From: a virus
Lineage: Duplodnaviria; Caudoviricetes
Direction: 5' to 3' (one strand)
DNA length: 52,758 nucleotides
Virus record (IMG/VR): IMGVR_UViG_3300049165_000014
Location: 1-52,758 of that record
The notes beneath the pieces were generated by a model. The model worked only from the letters and a program-made list of their open reading frames with translations. It had not been told where the DNA came from and searched no databases. The translations under genes were made by a program, and so were the position numbers. Numbering within the stretch: the stretch's first letter is position 1; every line of letters begins with the position of its first letter. This document shows positions 50,449-52,758 of the stretch, one piece after another.

Positions 50449-51854
50449 TCAGCACCCGCCTGCACTAAGTCAGGTTCTTGGGCAGGCCGAGCCGTCTGGC
50501 TGGGCAGACCGGCGGTGTTGCCGCCGACCACCGAAGCCAGTGCGGCGGCATCAGCCACGGCCGCCTCAGCGTCCCACTCGCGCATCTGCTCGCGCTCTTC
50601 CGAGGAGTAGCCCAGATCGATCCGAGCCCGTTCCTTGGGGATGATGTGCGACGAGTACAGCTTCGTGGTGGCATCCGCCTTCGACGCGAACGTGGGAGTG
50701 CTCGGGTCACGCCACACGGTCTCCAGCCGGTGAATGTTCTCCGGGGGAGTGATGCCCATGACCTTGTAGCCCAGGCGCGCGGTGCGCTCCCACGAACCGC
50801 CGTAGGTCCTGTGCTTGCGCTCGCACTTCTTCACCAGACGAACCTCAGACGACTTGATCGCCTCCGCCGAGGCGGGGTTGTCCGACTGGAACGTCAGGTA
50901 CTGGGGAGGGAGTCCGGTGTAGCTCGCCACGTGCTTGGCGAGTTCCTGGAGCACGTCCACGAAGTTCCTCAGCTCAGCAGCGCTGAACTGGAACGCCTTA
51001 CCGGCCTCATTCTCCAGCGTGAGGATCCGAGCCAGGTACGCATCCAGAACCTCGGCACGCGTCCCGTTGGGGGCGATGGAGTCTGCGTCGATACCGAAGA
51101 GCACGCGCTGCGGGACGGCCATCAGCTCGGCCGCCGCCTGCATGTCCATCATGATCCGAGCAGCAGCGTCAGTGAAGCTCCGGATCTCCGGAGTGATCTC
51201 CGACTTGCCCTTGCGATCCGACAGCCGCTCACGGTTGACGAGCGGAACCACCGGCACAACGCCCAGGTTGTGTTCGACAGGCTGACCGTCCGGAACCCAC
51301 CGGCCGTTGGACCATCCGAAGAAGTGCGTGGAGTCAGGCAGGTACAACGTGGCCTTGTCGTCGGAAGGCGAGCCGTCCGCCTTGTACAGGCGCAGAGCGT
51401 GCCTCACCTTGCGGGTCCGAGGGTCCTCTTCGGCGATCATGTGCCGAGGGGACTCGACCCGGATGACCGGCACGTCAGGGTGCTCGACATCGTCGCCATC
51501 ACCAGGGTGCGCCACCGTGGTGTACGCACGTCCATGGATCATGGCTTCGAGGTGACCAAGACCGGACTCCTCGTCCAGGTCGTTGGCCTGCCACCAGTCG
51601 GAGATCTCCTCGATGGCCTCCGGGTTTGACCCGAGGCGGAAGCCCTCCACGTCCAGGCGCTCTTCGATGGCGTCCAGGTACAGCCGAGGCCATCCGATGG
51701 GCGTCTCCAGAGCCCGCATCTCCGGCGGGACGGCAATGCCGATCGCCTTGAGACGGTGCTCAGCCTCGTAGTAGCCGGACGACTCATCCATGTCGATCTG
51801 ATCAGTTGCCAGCTTGTTCGCCAGGTCAACGATGAGGTCGGTAAGTTCAGCCAC
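50445..51854 (-). CDS. Portal protein
   Basis: WWQANDLD; HNLGVVPVVP; G.SEI; QFSAAELRNF; SDNPASAEAI. Confidence 0.93.
   Translation of the reverse strand: MAELTDLIVDLANKLATDQIDMDESSGYYEAEHRLKAIGIAVPPEMRALETPIGWPRLYLDAIEERLDVEGFRLGSNPEAIEEISDWWQANDLDEESGLGHLEAMIHGRAYTTVAHPGDGDDVEHPDVPVIRVESPRHMIAEEDPRTRKVRHALRLYKADGSPSDDKATLYLPDSTHFFGWSNGRWVPDGQPVEHNLGVVPVVPLVNRERLSDRKGKSEITPEIRSFTDAAARIMMDMQAAAELMAVPQRVLFGIDADSIAPNGTRAEVLDAYLARILTLENEAGKAFQFSAAELRNFVDVLQELAKHVASYTGLPPQYLTFQSDNPASAEAIKSSEVRLVKKCERKHRTYGGSWERTARLGYKVMGITPPENIHRLETVWRDPSTPTFASKADATTKLYSSHIIPKERARIDLGYSSEEREQMREWDAEAAVADAAALASVVGGNTAGLPSQTARPAQEPDLVQAGAE
50462..50476 (-). promoter_or_regulatory. Stoperator variant within the portal 3' end
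   Basis: Reverse complement AACCTGACTTAGTGC, one mismatch to the consensus. Confidence 0.55.
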
Positions 51855-52758
51855 GCAGAACAGCTCCCTTCCTCGACCTGTTGCGTCGCGACATCAGTAC
51901 GTCCTGTCTTGCCGCGAACGCCAATACGGCACAGACAGCGGCATCGATCTTGCGAGGCGAATCCTTGCTCGCCTTGCGAATTGAGATAGCGTCATACGAA
52001 GTCGGGTTGCGGTGTGCGTTCAGAACGTGCTGACGCAGTACGCGGTCCCCGTTGTGGACAAGCCCGCCTTCCAGTACGGCATCTAGGAACTTCTCGCAGT
52101 CCAGTGCGAACTGCTTCGTCTGTCCCCGCATGTCGAACGCAACCGGCTTGTTGGCCGTGGCGTTGACGATGTACTTCTTGCCGTAGGTACGCGACCACTT
52201 GTCGACGTAGCTCTCGAACTCCTTCACGTCCGCGCGGAACGCGACGACATTGAACCGGGAGTGTGCCCAGTCCACCATGGCGTCTACGTCCTCGCGAGGA
52301 ACCTCGCCGTCCTTGTATCGCTCCGGGTTCCAGACCTTGAGCGTGAACAGCGCGCCGTCGTCGACACGGCAGGCAACCAGTGCCGCCCAGTCGTCCGACT
52401 TGGCCCCATCGAATCCGAGGGTGATCTTGTCCCCCGCAGCCAGCGGAGCCAGCTCGGGATCGTGCCGGGCATCCCACTCGGTGGGTGCGATCCATGCATC
52501 CTCAGACGCATTGACCTGGTTCAAGAACTTGCGACGCGATTCCGTCACGGGGTTCTTGATGTTCAGGATGGACGCGATAATTACGTCCAGGTCCAACCAC
52601 ACCGAGTCGCCGCGAGCGACAAACAGGCCGTCACGGAGCGCCTTGATTCCCGCCTCGAATCCCTCCGGGTCATCGTCTGGGGACGGGATCTCGGAAACCG
52701 GGGTATCGGCAGGCGCCTCGATGGAGTCGTACAGGAACCCTGTATCGATGGCCTGGCC
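51847..52758 (-). CDS. terL: Terminase large subunit (partial; start lies beyond the window)
   Basis: Frame open to the window end; LYDSIEAP, RRKFLNQ, LGFDG...D, KIDAAV. Confidence 0.93.
   Translation of the reverse strand, partial: GQAIDTGFLYDSIEAPADTPVSEIPSPDDDPEGFEAGIKALRDGLFVARGDSVWLDLDVIIASILNIKNPVTESRRKFLNQVNASEDAWIAPTEWDARHDPELAPLAAGDKITLGFDGAKSDDWAALVACRVDDGALFTLKVWNPERYKDGEVPREDVDAMVDWAHSRFNVVAFRADVKEFESYVDKWSRTYGKKYIVNATANKPVAFDMRGQTKQFALDCEKFLDAVLEGGLVHNGDRVLRQHVLNAHRNPTSYDAISIRKASKDSPRKIDAAVCAVLAFAARQDVLMSRRNRSRKGAVLRG

Overview
Near-complete genome of a temperate, GC-rich actinobacterial siphophage with the two-arm layout of Cluster A mycobacteriophages (L5/D29-like), shown in reverse of the usual orientation. 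The + strand arm (about 0.9-30 kb) starts at a strong early promoter with a boxA-like leader. It then carries about 25 small early genes, most separated by conserved RNA hairpins, followed by Lsr2, an L5 gp71-like immunity repressor, Cas4-like exonuclease, DnaB-like helicase, endonuclease VII, split primase, phosphoesterase, class II RNR, ThyX, DNA polymerase I and dCMP deaminase. The centre holds an excisionase, a tyrosine integrase and a tRNA-Thr(UGU) attP. The - strand arm holds lysis, tail and head genes and a partial large terminase. At least 15 copies of an asymmetric 15-bp stoperator-like motif follow the direction of transcription. Most notable: (1) an array of covarying intergenic hairpin repeats that packages early genes into cassettes, three copies with the operator built into the stem; (2) an inverted tRNA 5' half beside the attP 3' half; (3) an anticodon-less tRNA-like RNA before lsr2; (4) two virion proteins with PL7 lyase domains in permuted order; (5) an amber-interrupted early gene and a likely ATC start in the primase. 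All calls come from visual motif recognition; no searches or folding programs were run.
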